From IMG/VR virus record IMGVR_UViG_3300042868_005134, positions 310,001 through 374,000 of that record: a stretch of DNA of 64,000 bases. One strand, given 5' to 3'. The position numbers were made by a program, and so were the translations under genes. The first letter of the stretch is position 1. Every line of letters starts with the position of its first letter. The notes beneath the pieces are model-generated. The model was not told where the DNA came from. It worked only from the letters and a program-made list of their open reading frames with translations, and did no database searches. This document shows, in pieces, positions 20,688 through 31,511 of the stretch.

Positions 20688-21514
20688 AACGAGTCTCTTG
20701 CCTTAATAAGGCGAATCATCATGGCTTCGTCCTCTTTTTCGTAGTCAGCTTCAATCTTTTGTAGAAGCTTGTGAGTTTTATTACTTAGTTTTTCTAGTTC
20801 GGGAGTTTTCTTGCTGCCGAACAATTTACCACCATTCAGTTCTCGACTCCGTTCACAGTACTCAGTCCAACCACTTGCGTCATATGGATCGGGACGATTT
20901 GGATAGACAGTAGTCCACCATGTGTAAAGCTCTTTGATTTCTTTCGCACGTATGGCCTGTCCAGTTGGCTTGTTGTAGTCAGGATGATCTGGCCCACACC
21001 AATCGCTGTTGGTCAATGTCATTGCCCAATCTAAGTGATCAAGGCCTGCTTGTGGGCAACGCCAGACCCGCCAACGGAACCAACCACTAGCCCAAAATGG
21101 AGGATCGTATTTTGCGCGAGCTTCTTTATCACCCCAAGCAATGTGACTCCACGCTGATTCTATCTCAACAAAATCAACCAGCTCATTGAATAAGCAAGGC
21201 AAAAAGCGGTTCCCCACGTCCTGCCATTGACCAGGCTTAATATCCCGGGCATGAGCGGTAAGACTATGAGTGCGACTAACCCAACGGTTGTTAATGTAGT
21301 ACTTGATATCATAAATTTTCCTTATAGGCCATGTTACAAAATCTTGGATATGCCCGAGTGCTTCTTCCGCCAACCAATAGCGGAAGTTATGTTTCATTTG
21401 GGCCGCAGTTGTCCATTCGTCCCATTCCTCGCTAGTCCCGGCGCCGAGTTTTTTAGTGCCGCGAATCCAGTCTGCGAACGGAGTACAACTCCAGTAACGT
21501 GTGTGTTGTGCCAT
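20678..21514 (-). CDS. Hypothetical Trp-rich phage protein
   Basis: 278 aa ORF coupled to its neighbours. Confidence 0.7.
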   Translation of the reverse strand: MAQHTRYWSCTPFADWIRGTKKLGAGTSEEWDEWTTAAQMKHNFRYWLAEEALGHIQDFVTWPIRKIYDIKYYINNRWVSRTHSLTAHARDIKPGQWQDVGNRFLPCLFNELVDFVEIESAWSHIAWGDKEARAKYDPPFWASGWFRWRVWRCPQAGLDHLDWAMTLTNSDWCGPDHPDYNKPTGQAIRAKEIKELYTWWTTVYPNRPDPYDASGWTEYCERSRELNGGKLFGSKKTPELEKLSNKTHKLLQKIEADYEKEDEAMMIRLIKARDSLWT

Positions 21515-22189
21515 TTAGTCCTTCTTTACGCCAAACAGTTGTAATAGATTGATGAATAGATTGATGAAATCCATATAGAGTGTTAGAGCTCCGATTACTT
21601 CTTCACGACCTGTGTTGTCATAACTAACCAATTCACGAATACGTTGTGTATCATAGGCAGTCAATCCCAAGAAGATAATAATTGCCAAAGCACTAATAAC
21701 CATTTGCATCACTGTACTGCCAATAAAGATATTAATGATGCTGGCAATGATAATGGCAATTAAACCAATAATCATAAATTGTCCAACTCCAGATAGATCT
21801 CGTTTGGTAAAGTAGCCATACCCACTCATAACGCCAAAAAGTACACCAGCACCCATAAAGGCACTTACAATACTACCCATAGTATAAATGGCAAAAATTG
21901 TGGCAAAACTCAGACCCATCAAGGCCGCAAAGCCGTGTAAAAATAGCTGTAGCCCACTCTTGCTAAGTCGTTCACTAGCAAATGTAAAGGCAAAAATTGC
22001 TACCAGTGGGGCAAAGATTACAATCCATTTCAATACGCCTGTAAAGAAAAATGCCAGTAGTTCAGGACTGGATCCTACAAAGTAACTAACAATCATGCTA
22101 GTTATAACAGCCAAGCTCATGTGACCGTAGACACGTCCCATTGCTGAATTAATCTCGCTTGCTGAGCGGTACATTGATGTTGTGTACAT
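21515..22189 (-). CDS. Bax inhibitor-1/YccA family membrane protein
   Basis: About 7 hydrophobic segments; AYDTQRI and ALTLYMDFINLF motifs. Confidence 0.9.
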   Translation of the reverse strand: MYTTSMYRSASEINSAMGRVYGHMSLAVITSMIVSYFVGSSPELLAFFFTGVLKWIVIFAPLVAIFAFTFASERLSKSGLQLFLHGFAALMGLSFATIFAIYTMGSIVSAFMGAGVLFGVMSGYGYFTKRDLSGVGQFMIIGLIAIIIASIINIFIGSTVMQMVISALAIIIFLGLTAYDTQRIRELVSYDNTGREEVIGALTLYMDFINLFINLLQLFGVKKD

Positions 22190-22218
22190 AAGTTTCTCCT
22201 TGTGTGTACTATATTTAA

Positions 22219-22443
22219 TTATCTTAGTGCGTCCATGGTAAGTTCTTTACCATGGACATGTGCTACAGGTTTAAGCCATCCATACTCAATACATTCAGCA
22301 AGAACTTTTGCGTAATTTGTAGGACACTTTTCACTGATTTCAAATCCTGCTCTAGGGCATATCATTAGACCGTCCTGAAGCATAAACTTAGGGTCACCCT
22401 GACGTATGGTTCGAATATTAGTTGTTCTAGCACTTATCTTCAC
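22219..22443 (-). CDS. Hypothetical protein
   Basis: 74 aa ORF overlapping the ligase stop (GTGA). Confidence 0.6.
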   Translation of the reverse strand: MKISARTTNIRTIRQGDPKFMLQDGLMICPRAGFEISEKCPTNYAKVLAECIEYGWLKPVAHVHGKELTMDALR

Positions 22444-23762
22444 AGTTTCTCTCCTACTTCAAATCCTCTGAACCGTAGGAACCGTGGAAATCGCAAACTG
22501 TATGTTCCGTCTTGGTTTTGTGTGACTGCGTCTGCTCGCACTTCCACGATCTGACCAAGTAAGGAATCACGTGAACTCCAATAACTATCACGATCACTAT
22601 CACTAAAACCACTGCCAACATTGACTTGAATAGTTTTTCCGTCATCGACTCCCTGGCATACAATCGCTCCAAGTCGTCCAATATTTTTTCCTGTGCCTTC
22701 TTCAACATCGATTACCTCTAAACTTACTTCGATAAACGGCTTCAGCTTGAGCCATGCTACACTGCGTTTACACTTATATCCAGCATCAGCATCTTTAAGC
22801 ATGATGCCTTCGTAGCCGCCCTTGATAGCCAATGCGTTAATCTCTTTGTAACGCTTTTGTCCTGCTTCAGTATCCAAGTCCACAGTTTCCTGTGCCACAA
22901 CTGTTATGTTGGGAATTTTATCTTCCCAAGTTCCATGCCAAACTTTGAGCAACATACTGCGTTCTGATTGTGTGCGGCCACACACGCCTGTTTCAAAATC
23001 TTCAAGCGGAATAATGTCAAACAAGTTAAGCACCGCATCGTTGGCTTGAGCACTGCTCTTGCGATGAATCTGTTTCATCAAGTCTTGAAACGAGCCACTC
23101 ATAATCTCACCGTCAAAAACAGTAGGCTGACTGATGCCACCTTCTGCCGCTACAGCTTCAAACTGTGCCTTAACGTGCGGAAAGTTTACAAGTTCCTTGC
23201 CATTACGACTAAACTGATCCACGCGACCATCGGGATACACAATAGTGATGACACGCACTCCGTCTAACTTAACTTCGATAATTTTTTTGCCTGTAACTTT
23301 TGCTTCGTGATTAGCACTATCGTGAGCAAGCTGACAGCTAAACACAGGAACAGCATATTGCGGGTACTGTTTTTCTACAACTTTGTTAACTGTGTTTTCA
23401 CTAAATCCGGCTCGCATGTCTTTAATAAGAATTCTGCGATACCATCCGTTCCATTCGGCCTTAGTGGCCGTCTTCATCATGTTCGCAACAGTGTCACGAG
23501 CAAGGTTGCCTGTGAATGAGCGATTGACAAAGCCAGTAATAATGAGACTAAAACTATCCCAATCCAAGCCAACACCATCTTCATCTTTTTTCTCCGGAAT
23601 TTGTTTAAGCCCAAATGTAATCATGGAATCGTAGCAAAGGCGCAAACCTTCAAAAAATTCTTGATTACCTGCTTCCGCTTGAGCTTGAATAATAGCTTCT
23701 TTATTCAAACGGCTAGGATGGTCCTCCAAAGAGGAAATAACGCTGTAACATGGGTCTGACAT
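22440..23762 (-). CDS. ATP-dependent DNA ligase
   Basis: EVKLDGVR, FDGEI, YEGIMLK, WLKLKP, SLRFPRF motifs. Confidence 0.95.
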   Translation of the reverse strand: MSDPCYSVISSLEDHPSRLNKEAIIQAQAEAGNQEFFEGLRLCYDSMITFGLKQIPEKKDEDGVGLDWDSFSLIITGFVNRSFTGNLARDTVANMMKTATKAEWNGWYRRILIKDMRAGFSENTVNKVVEKQYPQYAVPVFSCQLAHDSANHEAKVTGKKIIEVKLDGVRVITIVYPDGRVDQFSRNGKELVNFPHVKAQFEAVAAEGGISQPTVFDGEIMSGSFQDLMKQIHRKSSAQANDAVLNLFDIIPLEDFETGVCGRTQSERSMLLKVWHGTWEDKIPNITVVAQETVDLDTEAGQKRYKEINALAIKGGYEGIMLKDADAGYKCKRSVAWLKLKPFIEVSLEVIDVEEGTGKNIGRLGAIVCQGVDDGKTIQVNVGSGFSDSDRDSYWSSRDSLLGQIVEVRADAVTQNQDGTYSLRFPRFLRFRGFEVGEKL

Positions 23763-23792
23763 TTGGGCTCCTATATCTTTTACAATACAAGT

Positions 23793-23821
23793 ATTATAGC
23801 ATCGAACGGTCAGTAGGTCAA
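23793..23821 (-). promoter_or_regulatory. sigma70-type promoter for the ligase
   Basis: TTGACC-17 nt-TATAAT. Confidence 0.6.
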
Positions 23822-24541
23822 GTGATTTGTTGTTCGAAATGGTTTACCAATTTGGGCGTAGGGCAAGTTTCGAATTATTTTCTTTTTCATGGAGCGTATG
23901 ACAGGATGGTTATGATTCCAATCAAACGTCTTTAAATACTTATGATAGCTGGATTTTTTGGCACGTTTTGCCAAATTGCTGTCTAAATATCGTTTGGCTG
24001 CGTCAAAATCGTCGCCAAATTTATCGTACAATTCACAGGCAATGTTAAAACTAAATGCGCCCATTTCGTCTTTGTGCCCGTAATACTCTTGCTCTTTGCG
24101 ATCTCTCGCATAATAGGCTGTGCTTTCGTAACCTGGAATATCTTTAAATGTTCTAGTACGATATTGCCTCACGTGTATTATTTCGTGTAGCATGGTATCC
24201 GCAAACAATTTACACATTCTATCCCATCTGCTGTCCGATAGTTTGATGGTAGCATTGGTATCTTTATAACTAAACGTTATTTCAACATGCCGACGATTTT
24301 CAACATCATTATCAGAATAATATGCGCCGCCAATATAGACCAGCCCTTTTTCGTGAGTGAGATCCCGTTTCAAGGTAACTTTAATGGGTAAGTGCCATTT
24401 GATATGCGCTGCCAATAACTTTTGTAAGTCTTTGATGGCGATACGGCGCCCCACAACAGAGGGCTTCAATTCGTATAGCATAGTATACAAATTGGTTCTG
24501 TCCAATACTGACCAGTTAAATGGTTTCCTATTCATTGCCAT
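23810..24541 (-). CDS. HEXXH zincin-like protein
   Basis: MLHEIIHVRQ plus downstream DEMGAF; paralogue of 30626. Confidence 0.6.
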   Translation of the reverse strand: MAMNRKPFNWSVLDRTNLYTMLYELKPSVVGRRIAIKDLQKLLAAHIKWHLPIKVTLKRDLTHEKGLVYIGGAYYSDNDVENRRHVEITFSYKDTNATIKLSDSRWDRMCKLFADTMLHEIIHVRQYRTRTFKDIPGYESTAYYARDRKEQEYYGHKDEMGAFSFNIACELYDKFGDDFDAAKRYLDSNLAKRAKKSSYHKYLKTFDWNHNHPVIRSMKKKIIRNLPYAQIGKPFRTTNHLTY

Positions 24542-24592
24542 TCCCCTATAACATATTTATATTATACAGGGAATACCAATTAACTGCGTAGT

Positions 24593-25183
24593 TTACGGAC
24601 GTTTTGTTATGATTTCGTCAATCAATCCATAATCCAGTGCTTCTTGTGCGCTCATAAACTTGTCACGTTCCATATCAGCACTAAATTGAGCAAAGGTTTT
24701 ACCTTTACTATTGTGGGCAACATAGATTCCGGTTAGCTCTTTTTTCATTTTCAAAATCTCTTCCACTTGAATCTGCATATCTGTAGCTTGTCCACGGGCG
24801 CCGCCACTGGGCTGATGAATCATGTGTCTAGCAAACGGCAACATCTTACGCTTGCCTTTCGCACCCGCTGTGGCTAGCAAACTGCCCATACTACAGGCCT
24901 GCCCCATAACCACAGTACAAACATCGGGTTTGATAAACTGCATTGTGTCGTAGATGGCCAAGCCCGCCGTAACTACACCCCCAGGGCTGTTGATAAAGAA
25001 TGTGATATCTTCATTACCTTGGCTTTCCAAAAACAGCAACTGAGCCACTAGTAAACTGGCACTATGCTCATTCACGTCCGTGTCTAGCATCACAATACGA
25101 TCTTTAAGTAGTCGACTATAAATGTCGTAACTGCGTTCTCCTCGAGCTTCTTGCTCGATTACCATAGGCACTAAATTAGGCAT
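24593..25183 (-). CDS. clpP: ATP-dependent Clp protease proteolytic subunit
   Basis: [39 protein letters not shown] motifs. Confidence 0.96.
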   Translation of the reverse strand: MPNLVPMVIEQEARGERSYDIYSRLLKDRIVMLDTDVNEHSASLLVAQLLFLESQGNEDITFFINSPGGVVTAGLAIYDTMQFIKPDVCTVVMGQACSMGSLLATAGAKGKRKMLPFARHMIHQPSGGARGQATDMQIQVEEILKMKKELTGIYVAHNSKGKTFAQFSADMERDKFMSAQEALDYGLIDEIITKRP

Positions 25184-25191
25184 TTGTTTCC

Positions 25192-25992
25192 TTATTTTCC
25201 GTTAGTTTGTACAGTGGGAGTTACAACACCATTGATGACTAAAGTCTGGCCCTTGAAGTTGGCAATAGCATCTGGCAACTTACGCATGGCTTCTGCTTGG
25301 GCTTCCGCCATCAGCAACGGAATTGCCATCGGGTTGGCCTGCATCGACTCGTTACGCTTACGTGCTGTAGCCACTTTGACTTCTTCAGTCTTGAATTCGT
25401 TCTTGGCCTTGACCAATTCGTTAGCACTTGCCACAACTGAATCAGCTGGCACAATATTACGAATCAATACTTGACTAATACTGATACTACCGTCCAATTT
25501 TTCTTCGGCAAGATTGCGAACAATTTCTTCCTTAATAAAAGTTTCCATGTCGCTACGAGCATCTGCCATGTCCAATGCTTCGTACTTTCGTGCCGCCTTG
25601 TAGATAGCGTTACGAGCATTTTGTACAATGTAGTTGTACATTACAAATGTATCACCTTTGAACTCGGCGTGGAAGCTCTTGTTCTTAGTTGAATACAATT
25701 CAGAGACTTGCTGGGGGTTAATGTTGTAGACAACCACTGCATCAAAGTCTTTCATGGTCGAGTTGTCTTTGGCAACAGGTGTCATGTCGTTAAGAGTTAC
25801 ATTCACATCCTTGATAGGAAATGTAAGTACTTCTCCAATGATGGATTGGTTGAAAGAACCAGGAAGCAGTTCACCACTTTGAACTTGTTTGTCGAATCCA
25901 ACTCGAACACCGACTTCACCAGTTTCAATACGAGTACAACCTGTTGCCAGCACAGCCGCGGCAAGAACGGAAAGAGTCAAAATACGTTTCAT
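25192..25992 (-). CDS. SPFH/Band 7/prohibitin family lipoprotein
   Basis: Lipobox-like LATGC; IETGEVGV; SPFH-like body; start reassigned to ATG 25992. Confidence 0.8.
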   Translation of the reverse strand: MKRILTLSVLAAAVLATGCTRIETGEVGVRVGFDKQVQSGELLPGSFNQSIIGEVLTFPIKDVNVTLNDMTPVAKDNSTMKDFDAVVVYNINPQQVSELYSTKNKSFHAEFKGDTFVMYNYIVQNARNAIYKAARKYEALDMADARSDMETFIKEEIVRNLAEEKLDGSISISQVLIRNIVPADSVVASANELVKAKNEFKTEEVKVATARKRNESMQANPMAIPLLMAEAQAEAMRKLPDAIANFKGQTLVINGVVTPTVQTNGK

Positions 25993-25993
25993 T

Positions 25994-26080
25994 TTAAATA
26001 ATACCTTGTGAAAAAAGAAAAAAGCAAACAGCAAAACCCAAAGCAAAATACAAAGGGCGAAGATAACGATCATTGATCAT
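25994..26080 (-). CDS. Small membrane peptide (28 aa)
   Basis: AAGGA RBS; MINDRYLRPLYFALGFAVCFFLFSQGII. Confidence 0.45.
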   Translation of the reverse strand: MINDRYLRPLYFALGFAVCFFLFSQGII

Positions 26081-26088
26081 ATAAATCC

Positions 26089-26265
26089 TTAAAATAAAAT
26101 AACAATTATAGCCATCACTAGAACAGCTAGTAATGCGACAATTATACTATACGCAATGGACTTTGTCAAGGTCCAACGTTCCTTACCTTCCATCTTTCTC
26201 CAGGCAGTAATGCCAAAGTGAATGATAACAGCAAGGATGGCAAATGCTAACCAAAGTCTAATCAT
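26089..26265 (-). CDS. Small two-TM membrane protein
   Basis: MIRLWLAFAILAVII...; AAGGA RBS. Confidence 0.65.
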   Translation of the reverse strand: MIRLWLAFAILAVIIHFGITAWRKMEGKERWTLTKSIAYSIIVALLAVLVMAIIVILF

Positions 26266-26266
26266 T

Positions 26267-26947
26267 TTATTCCTTTGTAAAATTAAATTGGAATAGAGTG
26301 TAATAGTACATATTATCAATTCTATTTGGTTTGTAGTAGGTTGTAAATTTACAAAGTTTACCAGGCTCAATCATGGTGTTAAACATTTCTAAAAACGGAT
26401 TGTCGTCTAACACTTCAATGTTAAACAGGTGGGTACTATCGGTAAACCAAAATCTAACTAATTTTCTCTTTTGTTGTCTACTAAGTGTACTTTTCAAATA
26501 GGTTAATTCTAAATTTTGTTTAGCAGAATTATTACCGTGAACTAAGCCTGTGGTAGTGTTATATTGTTTTTTAAATTCGTCGTAGATCATATCTTCGTTA
26601 TAGAACCATGGTAATTTATAATATATACCAGAATCCTTTTCCATACACTCGCGAATTCGTCCTTCTAACAAAACACAAACTCTTCGCCTATAATCACTCA
26701 TGTGATTGCTATTTTTCAACGACTGCCAAAGAAACTTTCGCGTGTAATACTTACGAACAGCTTCCGAATATGTACGGGTGTCGTCTGTAATATTATCCAG
26801 TACTTCTTGACTTTCCAGTTGGCGATACTTGCCGGGTTCTTTTTTACCAAGCTCGTATAATGAACAAGCAAGCACTAAGGGATCTTCGGTGTACTTGGTT
26901 GCGCTTTCCTGATAGCTTGTAGTGATCCAATCTTGAATAGCGTTCAT
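26267..26947 (-). CDS. Hypothetical protein
   Basis: ATGA-coupled to the upstream ORF; similar to 29900 (LACS/LACA, AEEIRKFFR/SEAVRKYYT). Confidence 0.65.
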   Translation of the reverse strand: MNAIQDWITTSYQESATKYTEDPLVLACSLYELGKKEPGKYRQLESQEVLDNITDDTRTYSEAVRKYYTRKFLWQSLKNSNHMSDYRRRVCVLLEGRIRECMEKDSGIYYKLPWFYNEDMIYDEFKKQYNTTTGLVHGNNSAKQNLELTYLKSTLSRQQKRKLVRFWFTDSTHLFNIEVLDDNPFLEMFNTMIEPGKLCKFTTYYKPNRIDNMYYYTLFQFNFTKE

Positions 26948-27369
26948 TGGTATGTGTCGTCTAAGTTTACGTTGGTTAATCCTGCTACAGTTTGGAACTT
27001 TTCCCAAGCCTTCTTGGCTGTAGGATTCTTAGCAAGTTCTTCGCTGGGCAATACAGTCTCTAGCCAAAACTCCGGACGACGTCGAGGATGAGCACCAAAT
27101 TGCCGAGGCTGATGCATTTTGCCATCTGTGTAAAGCATGGTGCTCACACTGCGAAATTTGTCCTCATCGTCTTTGCTGTTGAAATCGTAGTGACCCCATT
27201 CAGTATTACTCATACCTCCTAGGCAGTAGCCTGACCAAATACCACTCCATTGGACATCGTCTCGTGGGTCGAAATTTGTACGAGTAATCAACACTAGTAC
27301 ATCTTCCATGTCTACACGGCCTTCTACAATGTCCAAAATGCAACGACTATAGCTTAATCCGATTTTCAT
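26944..27369 (-). CDS. Hypothetical protein
   Basis: 141 aa ORF in the operon. Confidence 0.65.
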   Translation of the reverse strand: MKIGLSYSRCILDIVEGRVDMEDVLVLITRTNFDPRDDVQWSGIWSGYCLGGMSNTEWGHYDFNSKDDEDKFRSVSTMLYTDGKMHQPRQFGAHPRRRPEFWLETVLPSEELAKNPTAKKAWEKFQTVAGLTNVNLDDTYQ

Positions 27370-27371
27370 TT

Positions 27372-27599
27372 TTATCTACCTTGTCTGTATGTGCTAACTG
27401 TTGGACCGTCTGTGCTAAAGTTAAGACCGGCCACACCGCCTTCGTAAAACTTACCATTCCATTGTAACTGAACTTTGACCTTCTTGTCAACACTCACTGA
27501 CAAGTACTGTCGATCTTTAAAGTCCAAAACGTCAGCTACCATTTTGCGACCGTTTGATTCGCAAAGGATTTCGCAAGTGTCTTCAATATATTGTCTCAT
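27372..27599 (-). CDS. Hypothetical protein
   Basis: 75 aa ORF in the operon. Confidence 0.6.
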   Translation of the reverse strand: MRQYIEDTCEILCESNGRKMVADVLDFKDRQYLSVSVDKKVKVQLQWNGKFYEGGVAGLNFSTDGPTVSTYRQGR

Positions 27600-27901
27600 A
27601 GTGTTAACCTTATTTGTTTAATACTATCCCATCTAAAACTTTTCCATGCCCGTGATTCAAGATCGTAAACTGGCATGATATCTTCGCTAACTTTACGTTC
27701 TTTCTTGGCAACAGGAAAGTCAATAGGGTTGTCTGTGTTTGTCTCATGTAACACTTGGGGAACAAGTGATGTATTAGTTGTACATTCCATCACTCGTTCC
27801 GAGCCGTCTTTCTTGGTGAAAATAACAGTTACAGGACCATAGTTGAGATGACTTCTCAACCACTTCTTGAATAATTTCAAGTCTTGTTCACTTAAGGTCA
27901 T
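27596..27901 (-). CDS. WYL_2/Sm-like SH3 beta-barrel protein
   Basis: VIFTKKDGSERVMECT...VYDLESRAWKSFRWD pattern. Confidence 0.7.
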   Translation of the reverse strand: MTLSEQDLKLFKKWLRSHLNYGPVTVIFTKKDGSERVMECTTNTSLVPQVLHETNTDNPIDFPVAKKERKVSEDIMPVYDLESRAWKSFRWDSIKQIRLTL

Positions 27902-28046
27902 CTTGATGTAACTCTAGTTTGCGTTTAAGTTCGGCATTTTCTGCCTGTAGCTTTTCAATATGAGTTGACAGTTCCATCAACATCTCATACATGTTTTTGG
28001 CAGTCACTCTTGTTAAGTCAACAATGTTAATTTTTTCTTCAATCAT
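27888..28046 (-). CDS. Small coiled-coil protein
   Basis: MIEEK...IEKLQAENAELKRKL. Confidence 0.55.
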   Translation of the reverse strand: MIEEKINIVDLTRVTAKNMYEMLMELSTHIEKLQAENAELKRKLELHQDDLK

Positions 28047-28047
28047 T

Positions 28048-28902
28048 TCAAATCTCCAATACAATGTCAGGATTCCAGCCAGTGTCTTCGCTGTATCCGT
28101 CGCCTTCATAACCACGAGGGTTACATACAACTCTAGTCTCACCAATTACATAATCAAACGGATAATGGGTGTGACCATGTGTCCACAGTTTGACCTGTGG
28201 GTGATCCATGATAAACTCGCTCAAGTCACTATGATAGCCACCGTTCATCAAGTACTGCGACTTGTAAGACTCATGTACACTTTGATAGCTGGGACTGTGA
28301 TGCCCAACTACCACGCACTTTTTATCTTTGTTATCTGCCAACACCGATTTAAAGTATCCAAGTGTACGAGCATGACGATCCGCAACATCTCTAGCACTCA
28401 TTGAAGCATAGTTACGCTTGTCGTTTTTAATGATACGGAAGTCGTTCATCATACCTTCAATAGCATGCATGGTCAAAGGATCACCTTTATTCATGTCAGT
28501 CCACAACGTGCCGCCCACGAATGTTACATCGTCAATTACCTTGGTATCTTGTTCCAACATATAGATGTTGGGATACTTAGCAATTTCTTCACGCATGTGA
28601 TCGATGCTAGCAAAGAATTTACCGTGGTAAAATTCATGGTTGCCCATAACGTAGATCACATGCGGAAACTGGAACGAACAACGCTTCAAAAAATCACGGA
28701 AGCGAGCAACACGTTGCATTTTTCGGCTAAGGTCTGCCAAGGCACCATTACTGTAAGGATTAAAGTCTGCGGCATGATGGTCGTGGAGATCCTGAGCAAC
28801 CATGATATCGCCTCCGAGAATCAAGACATCGCAGCCTTGATCATTTTTAATATTGATATCGGAAAACTCTAAATGGAGATCCGATACTAGTTTAATTTTC
28901 AT
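28048..28902 (-). CDS. Calcineurin-like metallophosphoesterase
   Basis: SDLHLE, GGD, GNHE, GHH, HGHTH, CNPRGY motifs. Confidence 0.9.
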   Translation of the reverse strand: MKIKLVSDLHLEFSDINIKNDQGCDVLILGGDIMVAQDLHDHHAADFNPYSNGALADLSRKMQRVARFRDFLKRCSFQFPHVIYVMGNHEFYHGKFFASIDHMREEIAKYPNIYMLEQDTKVIDDVTFVGGTLWTDMNKGDPLTMHAIEGMMNDFRIIKNDKRNYASMSARDVADRHARTLGYFKSVLADNKDKKCVVVGHHSPSYQSVHESYKSQYLMNGGYHSDLSEFIMDHPQVKLWTHGHTHYPFDYVIGETRVVCNPRGYEGDGYSEDTGWNPDIVLEI

Positions 28903-29105
28903 AATCTTTCGCTTAATAATATTCTACATAAGTCAGCATCTTTTGTTGACTTAAATGTAAACGTCATAAAATCTTCGCTAGGCGTGTATACAAATCTGTG
29001 TCCTGGCAAGCCAAACACTTCAAGTACAAGAGCACAAGTGTCGTTCCACCAAGTCACACCTTGCATGTGCCAATCTACAATTACTTCATGATCGCTGGGC
29101 GTCAT
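28899..29105 (-). CDS. Hypothetical protein
   Basis: MTPSDHE... fills the gap between neighbours. Confidence 0.5.
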   Translation of the reverse strand: MTPSDHEVIVDWHMQGVTWWNDTCALVLEVFGLPGHRFVYTPSEDFMTFTFKSTKDADLCRILLSERL

Positions 29106-29679
29106 ATTCTGCCATATCTTTGGCACGTTTAACTTCACGTGCTTGTTCACAAGGTTCGCAAATAGTACGAATCCACCCAGGTCCATGTGTTTCAGCTGGT
29201 GCGCTACATTCTTCACAGGTAACGCCACTCATGCTTTCTGCCATACGTACCATACCACTAATCTCATCATCACCACCTGTGTAATAAAATCTCAGTGTAC
29301 CAAACTTTTCTTTAACTTGATCCAATGTCACTTGCGGAATGCTTTCTGGAATCTGTCTAAAATCTCCAGCAATAATTTCTGCCAATCTTTCATCTTTGTA
29401 TGCTTGATTGGTAATAGAACTATTTTGTTCAAAAAATAATTTACAATCACCAGCCTTGGCTTGTGCGGCCATTTCATTATATTCCATAGCCCACTTACGC
29501 TGTTTCTCTTTCCAATCAATGTGATGTTGGATATTACCCATAAGTTGATCCAGTATATTGAACCAACCATCACCACATTCGAATCCCCAACACATACAAG
29601 TTTCCTGCATGTTCTTGTTGCGGTTCACCATCATCTTTGGATATTTCTTACAAAGCAGTTCGTCTAGTTCTTGTTTCAT
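29086..29679 (-). CDS. Hypothetical phage protein with Zn-ribbon-like end
   Basis: CGDGW, QVKEKFGTLRFY, CEEC...CEPC. Confidence 0.7.
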   Translation of the reverse strand: MKQELDELLCKKYPKMMVNRNKNMQETCMCWGFECGDGWFNILDQLMGNIQHHIDWKEKQRKWAMEYNEMAAQAKAGDCKLFFEQNSSITNQAYKDERLAEIIAGDFRQIPESIPQVTLDQVKEKFGTLRFYYTGGDDEISGMVRMAESMSGVTCEECSAPAETHGPGWIRTICEPCEQAREVKRAKDMAEYDAQRS

Positions 29680-29903
29680 TATTCTTTTCCAAAGTGTTTG
29701 ATAACCAAATTCAATGCTTCTATAGTTCGTATGTTACCACTTACGTCTTCAGGGTGTAGCCAGTATCCGTCTGGGTTAGAATCCGTCCTGGGATTCTTTT
29801 TCCATTGCGCCAATTCTTTTTTAAGGTAGGCACGATAATCTTGTAGATTAAGCACCGTAATACGGTCTGCCGCTTCACCATCCAATTCAATTTTTCTACT
29901 CAT
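29679..29903 (-). CDS. Hypothetical protein
   Basis: 74 aa coupled ORF. Confidence 0.6.
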   Translation of the reverse strand: MSRKIELDGEAADRITVLNLQDYRAYLKKELAQWKKNPRTDSNPDGYWLHPEDVSGNIRTIEALNLVIKHFGKE

Positions 29904-30622
29904 TGTGCTGCCTTTACATAGTTAAGACGTGTTTCAATTTTCTTAGTGTGCCAATTTTCGCCGATTGTTTTTACTTTGGCCTTGACAACAACGCAAGGTC
30001 CAGTTTTCAATTCTACTTTGCTGAACCAGCTGACTATCCTGTTGTTAATTATAGCACAGATGTTCCAAGCGTCAAAGTTTTCCGAGCGTCTTGCTGAAAC
30101 AATTTCGCAATCCAAATCGGTAAACACATCTCCTGGCATACCCAACGGCTCATTGTCTGCCGACTTGAGACTGCGTGTTTGGTTAAGTCTTTGTTTATCT
30201 CTTTCCATGACGCTGGGCAAACAGGCAATAAACCCAAATTTATTCCGAGCAACAGTTTCTGAACTCAAAATAGAGTTAACTTCTGTTTGAAACTCATTGT
30301 CACCTGCTACAGCACCAAACATATAACGTCGAAAGAATTTTCGAATTTCTTCTGCTTGTTCTCTATCTGCTTGTATAACATTCAAGGGCTCGGGCCTAGT
30401 CTGTTCATCGTAGGCTTTTTCTAGTCCTAGTGTAAACAACATTAGATACTTGTTTGCTTCTTTTCGGTATAATGGTTTCATTTCCGAATCGTAAACGAAT
30501 TCGGTTTGCTTAATATAGGCATTGTTAATGCGCTGTGCCGCGCAGGCCAAATCTAACACTTGTTCCAAAGTAAACTCAGGGTGTGACATTTCAAACTTTC
30601 CGTTATCGTTTGCGAGTATCAT
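29900..30622 (-). CDS. Hypothetical protein, possible C-terminal OB-like fold
   Basis: 240 aa; beta-rich C-terminus ending ETRLNYVK. Confidence 0.6.
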   Translation of the reverse strand: MILANDNGKFEMSHPEFTLEQVLDLACAAQRINNAYIKQTEFVYDSEMKPLYRKEANKYLMLFTLGLEKAYDEQTRPEPLNVIQADREQAEEIRKFFRRYMFGAVAGDNEFQTEVNSILSSETVARNKFGFIACLPSVMERDKQRLNQTRSLKSADNEPLGMPGDVFTDLDCEIVSARRSENFDAWNICAIINNRIVSWFSKVELKTGPCVVVKAKVKTIGENWHTKKIETRLNYVKAAQ

Positions 30623-30625
30623 ATT

Positions 30626-31288
30626 TTACACGAATATATGTCGTTTGTCAAGCACTTCTAAATTTTTATAGACCTTTTTGGCTAATCGATTGAGTAATGG
30701 ATTGTTGCGAAAATGCGACACGTAGGCTTGTAAATTGGTACTAACGTAAACCGGACCAAATCGCATTTTGGCTAATACCGTTAATCTACTCATGTATCGC
30801 TTGGCCCGTTCAGCAGTCATAACTCTTAGCAAATCTACAGCTATACTAACCGCATAGGCATCTAGCTCGTCAGGATCTGCTAGATATTTGTCATAAGGAG
30901 ATTCAGCATGATCGCTGAAATTTTCATATTTACGATGTTTACTTTGCTGTTGATGACGTAGCTCGTGTACCGTAGCATCATATATTTCTACTAGAAGTTC
31001 TGTAGTTTGACTGTCTTTAAACTTTAGTAAGTCATCAAAGTTGTGATGAATAATAACTTCGATTGGCGTTTCATTATTGAAATCGCTGTCAGCATCGTAG
31101 TATGCTAACACGTAAAAATTAGATGGTTCTAATTTCTTATCTTTTTTGGTTTTTAGATCTATATCTAAATCCTGTTCCTTGAATTCTTTTCTTACACTGC
31201 CCACTAGTTTCTTAAAACTAATTGAGTCACAGTTAATGTCTCGAACATTTTTACATACTGTATTCACACGCCCGAGCAAAGAATTCAT
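30626..31288 (-). CDS. HEXXH zincin-like protein
   Basis: VHELRHQQQ plus DELDAY. Confidence 0.6.
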   Translation of the reverse strand: MNSLLGRVNTVCKNVRDINCDSISFKKLVGSVRKEFKEQDLDIDLKTKKDKKLEPSNFYVLAYYDADSDFNNETPIEVIIHHNFDDLLKFKDSQTTELLVEIYDATVHELRHQQQSKHRKYENFSDHAESPYDKYLADPDELDAYAVSIAVDLLRVMTAERAKRYMSRLTVLAKMRFGPVYVSTNLQAYVSHFRNNPLLNRLAKKVYKNLEVLDKRHIFV

Positions 31289-31289
31289 C

Positions 31290-31511
31290 TTACATCCTAT
31301 AAGTTATTCTACCCTTGGTTAAATCATAAGGGCTCATTTCTATCTTAACCTTGTCTCCAAGTATAATTTTAATTTTATGTTGCTTGAGTCGTCCACCTAT
31401 GTAGCACAAAACTATCTGTCCTACATTGTCAACCTTAACTCTAAAAGTGGTATTTGGCAATACTTCATCTACTACACCAGTGAGCTCTATTAACTCTGAT
31501 TTTTTACTCAT
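31290..31511 (-). CDS. infA: Translation initiation factor IF-1
   Basis: [14 protein letters not shown]...[21 protein letters not shown]. Confidence 0.95.
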   Translation of the reverse strand: MSKKSELIELTGVVDEVLPNTTFRVKVDNVGQIVLCYIGGRLKQHKIKIILGDKVKIEMSPYDLTKGRITYRM